NCBI RefSeq assembly: GCF_036321535.1
Contig: NC_087436.1
Coordinates: forward strand, 57,786,001 to 57,850,000
DNA from: Camelus dromedarius
Lineage: Eukaryota
Length of the DNA stretch: 64,000 nucleotides
Reading direction: 5' to 3'
The notes beneath the pieces are model-generated. The model had not been told where the DNA came from, did not search any database, and saw nothing but the letters and a program-made list of their open reading frames with translations. Shown here piece after piece: positions 25,386 to 38,318 of this stretch. The position numbers were made by a program, and so were the translations under genes. How positions within the stretch are numbered: the first letter of the stretch is position 1; each line of letters begins with the position of its first letter.

Positions 25386-26904
25386 TTTGAGCTTCTAGAA
25401 CATGTTTGCTATTCAATCATCCTTTAACCAAATTTTGCCAGCTTTTTGTTCGGAAAGCCCAGATCGCAGTAACATGAAATATTCATGCAGAATTGTCTCT
25501 CAGCAAGAGTAACCATTATAATTAGTTTCTCTTTAAAATACTGTGTAGTTGAATGTATTGTTGGTTTTATTTGGAAATAGGCATAAGTCCCATAAAGCGG
25601 CTTGTTAAACTGCCACTGAAATGTTAGATTTTTATATTTACATTCAGAAAACATACAGAAGATGAACATACACAAATAGTCAAATTATTTGAAAATAAAG
25701 TTTACCTGTAATTCCAATTTTTTTTTTACCTCTGTGTGTGTAATACAAATTAAACATTGTAAATGGAAAAAAAAAAAAAGCCATTATATTTGCATTGCTC
25801 CCTTAGAGTGACTCTGCCGAGTAGTGATGGAACAGAACTAGAAGACAAGATCTTCTGAGGCCCTGAGTGCTGTACTCATGAGGCCAGTGGGGCTCTTAAC
25901 CACAATTTATTTCAAATAAATGGTGTAAAATTCAGGCTTTACTCACTTGACTGCCTACATTTATCTCCTAGAGAGAAGATAACATTACAACTGTTTCAAC
26001 TGCTTACCCCCTGTTTTAGCATATGTTTGGAAGACTGCACTGTACTTGGTAACTTTATAATACTTTGAACAGCATGTATAAAATGTTTACCTTTAATAAT
26101 GTACGATGTGAGAACTGAAGAGATCTAACAGTTAAAGTATGGTTGAAAACTAAAAACATAAAAAACAAATTTTATCATTTCAGAGCAAAACCATGTTTTT
26201 CCAACTTGCGAGTAATTCCTCCCCGCCCCCACCCCCAGACTCCAGATTTTATCAGTGTGTTTCACAGCCCCTCTCATCTATTTTATTTTGAGACATCTTT
26301 ACTAGGTTCCAGGTTACTTAGTGACATCTTTGTACACTTCAAAGCTTCTAACAAATGGTCTTTTTGTTGGTAGCCCTCAATAAATATTGGTTGAATTAAT
26401 GAATTTTATTTTCACTTTACCATCCTTTGTCTTCTGACTGACAACTGATGATCTAAGTGAATGTGCCTTTTAGGAGAAAACATTTCATGACAACAATAAT
26501 AACATCAGAACAAAGAGAACTGACTGTAATCAGTCTAATTCAATAATAAATAGCTAGGTAACCTGAGACATAGTAAATTTATCAAATAATTGTGGTGATA
26601 TTATAAGCACTGACCAAACTGTATATTGTATTACATAACAAAGAATAAAAACCAGCTTGTGTGGTACTTTGATAAACAAACAAACAAAAAAAACCCCAGA
26701 ATCTTTAATTTAGAAGTTGCAGTTTTAAAATAAATCCAATAAGAAGATAACCACCATTCATTTGTATTCTATGTTATTATTATCAACATACAATTTTCTT
26801 AAGGGTAACTATGATTCTAAAACACATTCAATGTATATAAAGCATCTATTCAATCATTTTAAATTTATTTAATTATTTGTAATTGGCTGTTCTTTGTATT
26901 AACA

Positions 26905-27057
26905 TTTTAAAAATTATTGTATTATTTGATTATTTAATTTTGGTGGGAAGGGGAGGTAATTAGGTTTATTTATTTTTAAAGGAGGTACTGGGGATTGAAC
27001 CCAGGACCTCGTGCATGCTAAGCATGCACTCTTATCACTTGAGCTATACCCTCCCCC
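26905..27057 (-). mobile_element. tRNA-derived SINE, camelid Vic-1 type
   Basis: gggaggtaattaggtttatttattt..ggaggtactggggattgaacccaggacctcgtgcatgctaagcatgcactct..gagctataccctccc. Confidence 0.85.
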
Positions 27058-27361
27058 AAAACAAGACTAACAAATCTCAGTTTAAACTTAAAAAGGGAAC
27101 AAATCAGAGAATAACTGAACTCTTCCATTTTGAAAGTTAAACAATGTATGATCTTACTACCATCCAAATAATTAGAGATGAAACATATAAAAATGTATTT
27201 AAATAGTTGAGACAAATTAATAAATGATACATCCAAAAGAGGTTGTTTGGGAAGTTAGGTCAGTTGGGTTAAACATTTAACATCTTTTAAAAAAAATAAC
27301 ATTTGTTTCTTATTATGAAATGCTTCATATTTATATTTAGATAAGTTTTGTATTTATAGGC

Positions 27362-27897
27362 CAGCAATTCTCCAAGTGCAAGCCCAAAACCTCTTTAAGA
27401 GTTCTTCAAGGCCCCAGATATTTTCATAATAATCCAAGGATTTATTTGTCCTTTTTGCTGTATTGACATTTGCACCGTTGGAGCAAAAACAGTGGTGAGT
27501 GAAGTGATGCACTTCAGCACAGATCAAGGACAGGTACCAACCATCCTGGGGATGTGACATTCTCCAGTACTGAGTGCTCCCAGTTTAAAAGAAAAAAAAA
27601 AAATCAAAAATAGCTTTGATGAAACATTACATATCATTACTTTTATTTAACTTGACCCTGAGTACATATCTTTTAATACCCTAGGTATACATAAAGCAAT
27701 TCCGCTACTTACAAGCGTGATAGTTGTCATGAGGAAAAGCACTTAGGCACCTTGCAAGCTAAACTAGCTACTTTTCTCATAGAATGCTATTTTTACCTTG
27801 AAAGATCTACTTGCAACCATAAAGGGTTATTCTTACATATTTAGTGGGTATTTTCTCAAAAATTAACAAGGTGAACATAACTCTTCAAGAAAACAAT
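27362..27897. mobile_element. hAT-Charlie DNA transposon fragment
   Basis: cagcaattctccaagtg TIR-like start, gacatttgcac..gcaaaaacagtggtgagt, gaggaaaagcactt, gctaaactagctacttttctcatagaa. Confidence 0.65.
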
Positions 27898-28109
27898 GTT
27901 TTATTTATTCATTTAACAAATATTTATTCAGTGCTTATAATACCAGGCTGTTAGAAGTCTTTGTGTTGTCTTTTTTTTTTTTTGGTAATAAGGCTATTAT
28001 TAATTGTGCTATTAATATTTAAAATAACACTATACAATATTTTGCATGTGCAAATGACTAATTGCTTCTGAATATTTTCTTGTCACACTGTGATTATTAA
28101 CTCAGGCTA

Positions 28110-28350
28110 ACATTAATCAAAAGCTTACTATGGACCTGGCACTGCTCTAAGCGCTATGCACACATGATCTCATGTAATCTCACCACAATTCTCTGAGTTC
28201 GATGGCGTTATGTTTCTTGTGCAGAAATATAAGAGATACAGTGGTGTTAACTAACTTATTAACCAGACTTAAGAGCTTCAAGTGGTAGAGCAGGGATGCC
28301 TATCCATGTAAAATGGTCCTAATTGCACTGCCCACATTCTTAACCAACTT
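28110..28350 (-). mobile_element. MIR SINE
   Basis: gcttactatg..cctggcactgctctaagcgct..atctcatgtaatctc. Confidence 0.65.
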
Positions 28351-28499
28351 ATTTAATTTACAATATATTCTGCCTAAATTCTAACTTATAATTTCTTTGC
28401 TAGCTTCAAAATGAATTTATGTGTAGTAGACAGTTATCCTTTCTTTTAGTGAGGTTTGATTCCATGAGGAATTTTCTAGCATTGACTGTGTGTGAGATT

Positions 28500-28722
28500 A
28501 ACGAAGTATCAGTGAAAAGTATGGTCTTTGGAATCAGACAGACCTGGGTTTCAGTCTTGATCTCATTATTTATTAGCTCTGAAATTTGAGGCAATTTCTT
28601 CAATCTTTATTTGTAAACGAGGATCTATGAGGACTTCAAAGTGTAAGGAGTAAGTAAGGTTACTTATGTAAACCTATTAACAGTTACTGGCATATCACAA
28701 GAAACTCAATAAACATTAGCTA
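28500..28722 (+). mobile_element. MIR SINE
   Basis: ctttggaatcagacagacctgggttt..ctcaataaacattagcta. Confidence 0.75.
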
Positions 28723-29129
28723 TACTTGTTCATATTCATATTTGTATTCCTATAAATATCTGGAACTCTTAGAGAGGGTGCAATACAGAGCAATGAAAAT
28801 AATCAAATAAGTTGAGAGTAATTCAATAATTTAAAAATAGAGACTGCAGGAGGAGAAGGCTAAAGAGTAGATATTTGATTCCCATACAGGAGACAGACAA
28901 CTGAAAGGAGATCATCAGTCAATTAGATGACACTTATATTTTTCAGTTTCAAACAATAGTTGGAAGTACTCACACACTCATTTAAACTGAATTACTACAT
29001 GAGGCCCAGGACACTCATTACACTCAATCTTCTGAGGCTGATTCCTTAACTATAACCACCCTTTCCCCAGGTCTCACCTTTCTAAGGTACTTAGATGCAA
29101 ATAGTGCCAATATCTGCAAATCTGTATCA

Positions 29130-29427
29130 GGACCTTCACCACCTGCAGGGCAGGACACGAGTGTCTGAGAATTAAAGTGCCTGGGAACAGCCTACAACAG
29201 ATTGAAAATTATCAGGTAGGGTAACTGAGGTGACTTCTACACTAGTTCCCAGAGTTCCCAACAGGATTAAATTCCAGTTATTTGTAAAGGTAACTTGCTT
29301 GAAAACTAATTCCGTCCTGGGTGTTTCCTTTCCCTATCTTCCTTCCCCACTTCCTGTCAGTGTTTCCTGGGCTCACTTCTCAAATCAATTATTTGAACTT
29401 GAATCCTTGTCTCAGGGTCAGGGACAC
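29130..29427 (+). mobile_element. ERVL LTR (LTR16-like)
   Basis: cccagagttccc..caggattaa, gtgtttcctggg.tcacttc.caaat.aa.tatttg.act.gaatccttgtctcagg. Confidence 0.65.
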
Positions 29428-30059
29428 AGACTATCTAGATTTTTCATCATTGTATGATTCAGACTTGAATATACCTCCTTGGACATAAAAAGTACTCAAC
29501 AGATACTTGTTGAATTAATTGATTAGTTTTCAAAAGTAAGTGCTCCTTGAAGTTATCATATTCATTTTAGTGTATCCAAGTCCTGGCAGAATGCCTTGCA
29601 CAAAGTAGGCACCCAATTAATGTTTGTGGAATATATGAGTGCATAAAGTTGCCAGTATTGTTTTAAAAAAACATTCTATCTGACTACTAATAAAGAATAC
29701 ATTAATACTGATTAAGGCAACAGTGGGAATTGAATTAAACTGAAATCTAATGCAACATTATGAAAATTATTAATAACAAAGTTGAACTATTTAGCTACTT
29801 AATAACAATATTTATATTCATTGATTGGACTAGCATTAAACTAAGGTAGAAACTTTTGCTTGAGAATCTTATGAATTACCAATATTTTTTTCAAAAAACT
29901 ATATACACGTATACCTCCTTATTTGCAAACTTCATTCACAAGTCTATACCCTAATAAGACCAAACTGAGCAATAAAAGGAGGGGGAAAAGGCACTCAGTT
30001 GATTCATTAAACAAGTATGTATTGAATGCATACTAAGTATCAGTCAAGTCCCTACATCC

Positions 30060-30328
30060 ATGGCTTTATAGTTTTTGGCTGAGACCTATAATAAGAAATA
30101 TATTTTACCTCAAGACATACACACACAAATGTATAATGTATGAATACACAGATATGCTCAAAAGTGAAAAAAAAGTTGCAGCATACAATATGTATGTTTA
30201 CTACATTTTATTCACTCTGACAAATTTTTTTTATTCTACCTTATTTTATTAAACAATACTTCATGATTCTCACTAATCTGATTTTACTATGCACTAATAG
30301 GTTTCAACTGACATTTTGAAAAACACTA
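30060..30328. mobile_element. hAT-Charlie MITE
   Basis: Terminal cactaataggttt..actgacattttgaaaaacact. Confidence 0.55.
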
Positions 30329-30329
30329 G

Positions 30330-30905
30330 ATTCTAAAGATAAAATGATGAGCTAAACAGATACCATGTTTCTTTGAAGGATCTTAGATAAACTCAAATCA
30401 AATAATTTTTAAAAATATAAAATTACCATTGTCACTGCTGCAAAGTAAAGGTACATGGAATGAAGACAGTTATTTGCCAGGAACATCTCAACAGGTATCG
30501 GGAAGGGAAGAGGGAACAGTAGGGAGGGTCTCCCCAAGAAGTGATGATTGAGCTGAGATTTGAGGAATGGGTGGAGTAAGATTTGAGGGGGGTTATTTGG
30601 AGAGAATATTAGAGGTCTTTGTGAGAGGGTAGGTATGGGAAGCAAGGAAAGAGTTATCAAGAACAATCGCTACATCATGGTTTGCTCAACTGGACGGACA
30701 ATGGTGGTACACAGTGAAAACAGAAGAGTAAAGAGGACTAGATTTTGGCAAAGATGGAATGGGAAGATCACAAATGTGTCCTTAAACACGGTGCTCTTGA
30801 AGTATCCAAAAGCTGAAGGCAAGAAGGCAATTGAATATGGGGATCTGGATTTCGATGGCAAAATGTAGGCCTTAAATAGCAATCTTTGTGTCACTTGGGT
30901 ATGCA
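30330..30905 (-). mobile_element. L2 fragments
   Basis: gaagtgatg.ttgagctgagatttga, gcaagaaggcaattgaatat..atctgga. Confidence 0.55.
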
Positions 30906-32292
30906 ATAGTTTCAAAAAAAGCAAAAAAAATGTTAATAGAGTTTGACAATATTTTATTCATTTACTTGGTATTTACACTGTATATGATTTTATAAGGGAA
31001 TTTTAAGGGCCTTTCAAATAAATTCTATGCAGAAAATCGGTCAAGCGAAGAAGTATATTCATGTCATAAAAAGTTTGAAAAGACTAGCCGTGCTATTAAA
31101 TCCGAGTAAAAGACAGCTGTCTGTGATGATGATGCTGACTGACAATAATAAAAATATTAGTGAATACTACATGTCTGTCTCATTTTAGAGACTAAATTCT
31201 TTCTTCACTATTATATTGTACCATTTTTGAGTATAACATTGTGCAGCCAAATGCTTTCCTCAAAAGAAATACTCTTTAAGTTCTTAAACTATATGAAATA
31301 TACAAGTAATTCCTTTTTTCACCTATAAAAGCATACATTCCTAAATGTATACACACACCAGTTAAAATCTGTTGCCTGTAAGTGCCTTTAATAGCCATAG
31401 AATAATAATAAACATAACATAAAGTTTCTTGTGTATAATTTTGCTGTTTATTCACTCATTTGTTCATCAATATTTATTAAGTATTTACTTATGTATTAAT
31501 TACTGTTCACATGCTATATACCAGACAGTCAATAAATAATAGAAATGGACATTCAGAATAAATTAAAGTTTCCTAGGTCTTGTTGTGAATTACGGAAAAA
31601 AAAGTAAGACATTCTTTTCATATTAGTCCCCTTATCCTCCAGATATCTTTTACACTATGTGCCACAGATAGAACAGGGTTCAAATGATTTGGAAAGCAAA
31701 TAAAGAAACAAGCATATGGGAATTTATTTTTTAATTGGCAACTCCAGTATACCTATTTTAAAAATGTAGAAATAAAGTAATTCAGAGTTTTGGAATACAA
31801 TATAGAGGAATCACAGTCAGATATGGTAAGAGATACAGGCCAAACTGGACAAATATATGCAATGCTTTCAAAGTGGTATTAACTGCAACTTTCAAGAATA
31901 AAGATTTAACCTTATAAGGCAAAACTGAAAAAAAAAAACCTGAAAAGATTTTAAAATACTATTTAGGCTCATGAAGGCTATCTCTTATCTATCAGGTGCC
32001 TTCAAGTTTTTTTCAATGTGCAATCAATAATACTACTAACCTACCATGGGTGCTTTAGTTAAAAATATTAAGAGAGATGAATGGCCAGGTATGATGAGAG
32101 AGTGAAATATGTAAAACTGGAATCATGTATGTTTGGAGGCTGTTTGTGTGCAAAGAAATAAAGCTCTGTGAGTATGACTTGGGGGTATGATTTCTACCCT
32201 TCCCTGAGCCAGCACTCCACTTCTTTGACCCTCTTTACAGAAACATTCTGAAATAGGTCACTTTCCTGGACCATTCCAATCAGACTTTACCT

Positions 32293-32742
32293 TGGTAGTA
32301 GGCTAAACCACAGCCACCCAAAGGTATCAGTTGAGCCCTATGAAAACTAGCTCACTAGGAAAAAGGGTCTTTACAGATGTGATTAAAATAAGGACCCTGA
32401 GGTGAAGAGATTATACTGGATTATCTGGGGAGGGAGGAATCTAAATCCAATCACATTTCCAATCAGAGTGAGAAGGGAGATTTGATACACACAGAAAAGA
32501 AGGCAACGTAAAGATGGAGGCAGAGATGAGACTGGTGTCACTACAAGCAAACGAATGCTGGCAGCCACCAGAAGGGGAAATTTAGAGATCCAGAGGGACA
32601 CGGTCTGCTGACACCTTTATTTCAACCTAACAGGACCAGTGTTGAACTTCTGGCCCCCAGGACTCCAAAAGAATACATTTCTGTTATTTTTAATCACACA
32701 GTTTGTGTTGATTTATTACAGCAACCATAGGAAACAGTTCCA
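32293..32742 (+). mobile_element. MaLR LTR (MLT1-type)
   Basis: ggaaaaagggtcttt.cagatgtgattaa..gagattat.ctggattatctgg, gcagccaccagaag, tgctgacacctt, ttctggcc.ccaggact, ttacagcaaccataggaaac. Confidence 0.85.
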
Positions 32743-32874
32743 TTCCAAAAAAGAATCTGCTGTAGTCAAATTCACAAATGACCTCCCAGAAGCTAAATCC
32801 AATGGTCAATGCATTCAAGTTCCCCACACCAAGTGACACAGTTAATCACTTGTTCCTTTTTATTCTATAGTTGG

Positions 32875-33071
32875 TGCAACGGACAGTTTGATGTTTTAAT
32901 TTGGCTAGGATATATTCCCAAGGATTCAAACACTAATTAGGTGTTTCCTTGAAGATATGATTAAAGTCAAGAATAAACAGACATGAAATGAGGAGATTAT
33001 CCAGATCATCTGGGTGGGCCTGATTTAAGTAGTTGAAAGGCCTTAAGATGAAAACTGAGGCTTTTCTTCTC

Positions 33072-33102
<31 letters not shown>

Positions 33103-33400
33103 AGATTCTGGAAATTTTATATATATATATATTTTTTTTTGAGTTTTTAAAACATTTTTTACTGAAGTGTAGTTGATTTACACTGTTAGTTTCAGGTGTA
33201 CAGCAAAGCGATAGAACCCAGGCTTTTCTAAACAAGAAAAGAAAGGAGGAGGAAAATGAGGACGAGGTGGAGGATGAGGATGAGGACAAGCGGGGCAGGC
33301 CGCAGGGAAGAGGACAGGGAGAAAGAGGAGAAATAATTCCAGAGTGGACAGCATCTTCAGCTCCTGCCTGCCCTTCCTGACAGCCTGCCCTTCCTCAGGT
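32875..33400 (+). mobile_element. ERVL LTR (MLT2-type), interrupted by an L1-mediated insertion
   Basis: ttggctagg..tcaaacactaa.taggtgtt..ggagattatc..tctgggtgggcctgatt..gttgaaaggccttaaga; resumes gtggacagc..cttcagctcctgcc. Confidence 0.75.
33068..33219 (-). mobile_element. Short L1 3' end with composite tail
   Basis: Minus strand gctgtacacctgaaactaacagtgtaaatcaactacacttca plus tails; exact 10-bp TSD AGGCTTTTCT at 33058-33067 and 33220-33229. Confidence 0.8.
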
Positions 33401-33404
33401 TTCT

Positions 33405-34350
33405 AACAGGCATTTTTAACATAACTTGTCTAGGTCTGAATTTCTCACCTTCTCCACAAAACTTACCCCTCCTGTAATCTTCCCATCTCAGTAAACAGCA
33501 TCAGTCTTTCCTGTTGCTTAGGCCAGAGCCTTGAAATCATACTTAACTTCTCCATTAAGAAAGAGAGACTCAACCTTTGAAATTTATCCCAAACAGGACC
33601 ACTTTCTCCTGCCTTGCTCCAAAATACCATAATCTGTTGCTTTTATTACTGCATTAAGCTCCTAAATGGTCTTTCTTCCTCTGCCCTTGTTATCATGTAC
33701 ACACACACACACACACACACACTATTCACAACAGACTAGCAAGCAATCTAAACATTCTAAAATATGAATCACAACACATCACTTCCATTCCACAACCTCT
33801 GGTAGCTTATGATTCAGAGTAAAAGCCAAAGTTCTTTCAACGGCTTATCAGGCTTAATACAAACTCTGACCTCAACTCCTGCTACTATTTTTCTCCTTCC
33901 TTTGGATCCAACCACACCAGTCTTTTCCTTTTCCTTGAACAAAGAGAAAGCTTCTGTCCCAATTTTTTAAAATTGTTCATCCTTTCGCTCTATTTGCTTT
34001 TGCCCTGTGTCCATATAGCTTGTTCCACTGTCTGCATCAGTCATCTGCTCAAATACCACTTCATTAGCAATACCATTCATGTTCATTTTAATCAAAATCT
34101 CTATCTCCTTCCCTTTACCTATGTTCTATCCATTGTCTCTGCTTTATTTCCCTCTACAGCATTGATCATTATTTGATGTACAATATCTTTTACATGTTTA
34201 TTTAGTTTCTGTCTCCTACCACTAGATTATAAGTTTCTTAATTTCAAGCATCTTTGTTTTGTTCACAGCCATATTGTAGGGGGTCTAATACAGTGCCTGG
34301 CACATAGTAGGTATTCAATAAATACTTCATGAGTAAATGAATGAATGAAT
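33405..34350 (+). mobile_element. L2 LINE 3' region with an internal (CA)n at 33699-33722
   Basis: cccatctcagtaaa..gttgcttaggcca, cagagtaaaagccaaagt, cagtgcctggcacatagtaggtattcaataaatac..gaatgaatgaatg tail. Confidence 0.85.
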
Positions 34351-34729
34351 GTACTTCTGCTTATGACTGGTGGATCCCTAAACAATGTGAACAAATATAA
34401 GAACACTGAATAGGACAGCCACAAAATCTTTATCAGGCTCAGCCATTTTCTATCTTACTTTTGCAATGTTGACTTATTGGATTGATTGCCCCCCAAATTA
34501 CTTCAGTGAAGATTATTTTGCATGCTAAATTTTTCAATAAAGTATCTGTCAAGATGTAATTATTACCTCTTCCACCTGTTTTTAATCTGCTTGAAGTTAA
34601 AGGTTCAGAATGGAAGGGTATTTTAAAAAAGAAAGGAGACAGGGCTTAGAATAATAATATAACACATGGTTTTAGTTAGAGATTCAAGACAAAAGAATCT
34701 GGAGATATTCTACGTGTGTCAGAATTAAC

Positions 34730-35256
34730 TTAATTGGGAGGTAATTTAAATTCCACTGACAAATGATTGGATAAAGAAATTGTGGTACATGTATACAATG
34801 GAATACTACTCAGTCATAAAAAGAATAAGATAATGCCATTTGTAGCAACATAGATGTACATGGAGATTATCATACTAAGTGAAGTAAGCCAGAAAGAGAA
34901 AGAAAAATACCATATGATATCACTCATATGTGAAATCTTAAAAAAAGACACAAACGAACTTATTTACAAAATAGAAACTGACTCACAGATAGAAAACAAA
35001 CTTATGTTTACCAGGTGGGGAGAAGAGGGAGGGATAAATTGGAAGTTTTGGATTTGCAGATACTAACTACCATATATAAAATAAAAAACAAGTTTCTACT
35101 GTATAGCACAGGAAACTATATTCAATACCTTGTAGTAACCAATGAAGAAAAAGAACATGAAAAAGAATATATACATATTCTTGTGTGTATAACAATCACT
35201 ATGCTGTGTACCAGAGACTAACAGAGCATTGTAAATTGACTATACTTCAATAAAAA
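34730..35256 (+). mobile_element. 5'-truncated L1 (ORF2 end plus 3' UTR)
   Basis: tggataaagaaattgtggtacat.tatacaatggaatactactcag..gactatacttcaataaaaaa; TSD AGAATTAAC at 34721-34729 and 35257-35265. Confidence 0.9.
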
Positions 35257-36292
35257 AGAATTAACGTTACTAAACATCTCTTATTCTATAAAGTTTACTT
35301 TTACTTATGTGTGCAGAATGTGCCTCAATTAGACTTGGCAGTGCATAGCTGTATGAGAGGAGGACGTAGGGTCCATAGCCAGAAGCACGCTCCCACGCTT
35401 CATTGTTGAGAAATGCCAGTACAGCAGCGACTGAGCGACTCCAATGTTAACTGAGTGAATATTTTACCTCACACAATTTTTGGACTTGGAGGCCCAATAA
35501 AGTAGCTGTATTAGAAGAACATGGTACGCACCTGGGGAGGATAGATGGTGAAGAGCACTCTAAGGGTTTTCACTGATTGTACTGAGGAGTACAGAAGCAC
35601 TGATTTACTTTACATGGATGAACAGTTTGACACCTTGTTGCTTAAAAATTGCTTGTGTTTAAAGTACACTCCACAACTAAAAGGACCATGCAGATGCCAT
35701 ATTGCTGAATAGCATATGGACATCTCCAGAGCTGTTAAAAATGATCACACCGACCGTCTGTTTTTACTGGGGTTCACTGTATTTATATGGTTCTAACAGA
35801 GAAGATTACGCTTTTCAATGTAGCTCAGGGGACCTATATCTAGAAAGAAAGGAAGCAGGGAAGGCACTTGTGAACTTGCAGGAGAAACTTTATGTTTCAG
35901 TAATGGCCTCTTTCTGAAAAATGTGGCAGTTTTGAATTTCAGAGAGGACAAAAATATTTTAACATAAAGACCATGATTTTAAAAATTTGTAACTTAAGTC
36001 GTTAAAGATCTGACAAAGTTTCATTTGGTGGTAAGGCTAGAGTGATTGTAGCATTTTCTGCTTGAACATCAAAATTCACTTAGTTGCTGGCACAAATGTA
36101 TCTGAGTTCAAAAACTGTCCCCAACTTCGTTGTGACTTCAGAGGTCTACATGGGAAAATAAGGGCCTCAGAGAATAGCTGCTCTTTTCAGCAGCAATAGA
36201 AGTAGTGGTTCACCTTCTGTGACTCATTACTTCTTAGGTCTGTTCATAGCCCATATCATCTTTCATTAATTTATTTTAATTTTTTCCCTCAG

Positions 36293-36357
36293 CTTTTGAG
36301 TTGTCCACAATGTCAAGCACCACACTAAGCACACACGACATCCTCAGTCAGTGCCTG
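36293..36357 (+). other. Candidate exon (unverified)
   Basis: Acceptor tttattttaattttttccctcAG, donor CTG|GTGAGT, 65 nt open in one frame. Confidence 0.25.
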
Positions 36358-37313
36358 GTGAGTGAAAACATGCTTCCAGAGCATGAACAGACTGCAAGAT
36401 GCAGGGTTAAGCACTGTGGGGAAGACCAGACTCCTGCTCCTTATATTTTTGTCCCAAAGATATAGGGAGAAGGACCATAGCTGTTCCTCTAGAAATATAC
36501 ACAATAGGAAAAAAAAAAAAAAACTACATATGTTGTAAAACATGTCTCATTCTTATTCTCCTCCAAGCATGTAAAGTTACTAGTTGCTAATTACTAAAGT
36601 AAAGAAATTTACAAGCATCTTTTGAAAGCCCCTGTCACTATGATGTCAGATGGTGCTCCGTCCTATTTATAACAAAGAAAATTTACAGCCCATCTTAATA
36701 AAGGAGAGAATGGACAAAATCCACGCATCTGTCACATTAATAAAAGAAGCATGCTCTTTGAAAAGAGTCAGAGGAGCAAATAACAGACATTAATATTTTA
36801 CGTGCTTTTCAGTCTTAACATCTCTAAATCATCTGAAAATTCAAATTGTTTTTATTAGTGTTGAAAACCTATCAGAAGTTTATCTTAGTTACCACAGAAT
36901 TACATGCCTATTGCTTGTTACCTTTTACATCTAATTTTTGGAAATTAGAATTACTATCTAATTCAGGGTTTATAGTATGCCAGACAATGTGGGGACAATT
37001 TAATCTTCAGAAACCCAATACAAAGTACTAGTTTTCTTCATTTTACAGAGTACAGAGTGTCATATTAAATAACTTGCCCAAACGAACTCGTTCATCACAC
37101 GGCAGACCCAAAACTGTGACTGTGATCCTTTCTCCTCGACTACTATACTCTTTCTTAACCACTGGCCTGAGCTTTTTGACAGGAGATAAAACGGGAAATG
37201 AGAAAAATGAAATGATCCAGCACCTTAGAGCTTTTAGCTGTATATGTACAAAGAAATTAAAAAGTGATTTATATACTCTTGAATTCTTCTATGGTCAGAT
37301 ATAAAGGAGGTAT

Positions 37314-37964
37314 TGTGAGAGCAGGCAGATAGCTAGATATGAGCAGAGAAAAGGGGCACACAGACCAAATGGCAGGAATTGGGCAGAAAGCAGGGGCACA
37401 AGCCAAAAGCAAGAAACCACACATCATGTAAGCAGCAGGGGTCCCTGGGCAGAGAAACAAAAGCAGGAACCTTTGGGCTGATAAGGGGCCACACCTTTTG
37501 GCCTGGAGACCAACAAAGAAAGGTGAGAAAAGGCCAGAATTCCCAGTGTCTGAATGTAACCTTTTGCTCATTTTACCCTCATTTCAATAAAATTAGCCTT
37601 GCAGATCAGAAGTACCCATCATGCACTGACAACCATGACACTTCTGATCCAGACTAAATAAGGACAAAAATCTCTCCTCCCTTTGCGAAGGTGGAGTTGG
37701 GATGATAATCAGGAAATACGACCACAAGCCCTTCCCTCCTCAATGAATATTCCGCCCATTCATTTTTACACCCAATGTAACTAACTTGCCAAAGAAGAAA
37801 CACAGGGCAGCCACTCACCTGGGCCTGCCCGCTCTCCCCTTGAGAGTATACTATCCATCCTTATTAAATCCTCACTTTATTTTTCTTAACCACTACGTCT
37901 TGTCTCTGAATTCTTTCTGGGACAAGATAAGAACCTGGAACACTGGTTGCATCCACTGGCAACA
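37314..37964 (+). mobile_element. ERV solo LTR (ERV1-like, 651 bp)
   Basis: TGTGAG...GGCAACA termini; ATTAAA at 37863; U5-like tgtctctgaattctttct..gacaaga; 4-bp TSD gtat/gcat (1 mismatch). Confidence 0.8.
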
Positions 37965-38170
37965 GCATCTTAGTCTGTGTTCAGAGTACAAAGAATTGTA
38001 AAAGCATAAACAGAGTACAATTTGAAAACATTACCATGAACAGAAATGACTTTAAGGTAGGAAAACATCAGTTTTACTGACTACTCGCCTTGGCTGAATT
38101 TCTCTAAAATGATCACACAGTCCACCCTTATCAACACTACCGCATAATGCACACGTGGGCCTGTGCTTAC

Positions 38171-38318
38171 TTTGAAGACACTACCAAAAATCACACCCAT
38201 CACGATCCCAGAGATCCCAAATGTGATAGATTCCTGATGGCCTGTAAGGCTGGAGCTGCTGCTTGTTCCAGTTCAACATCACTGATCACTCCAGGGCACA
38301 AGAGTGCATCAGACAAAC
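38171..38318 (-). other. Candidate non-coding exon (unverified)
   Basis: Acceptor tttctgttctgcctctccgtgattccAG, donor AAA|GTAAGC; stops in all three frames. Confidence 0.2.

Noticed and set aside
32933..33289. 118-aa Ser/Lys-rich ORF
   Set aside because: Built from a GA-rich tract, an L1 tail, poly(A) and MLT2 sequence
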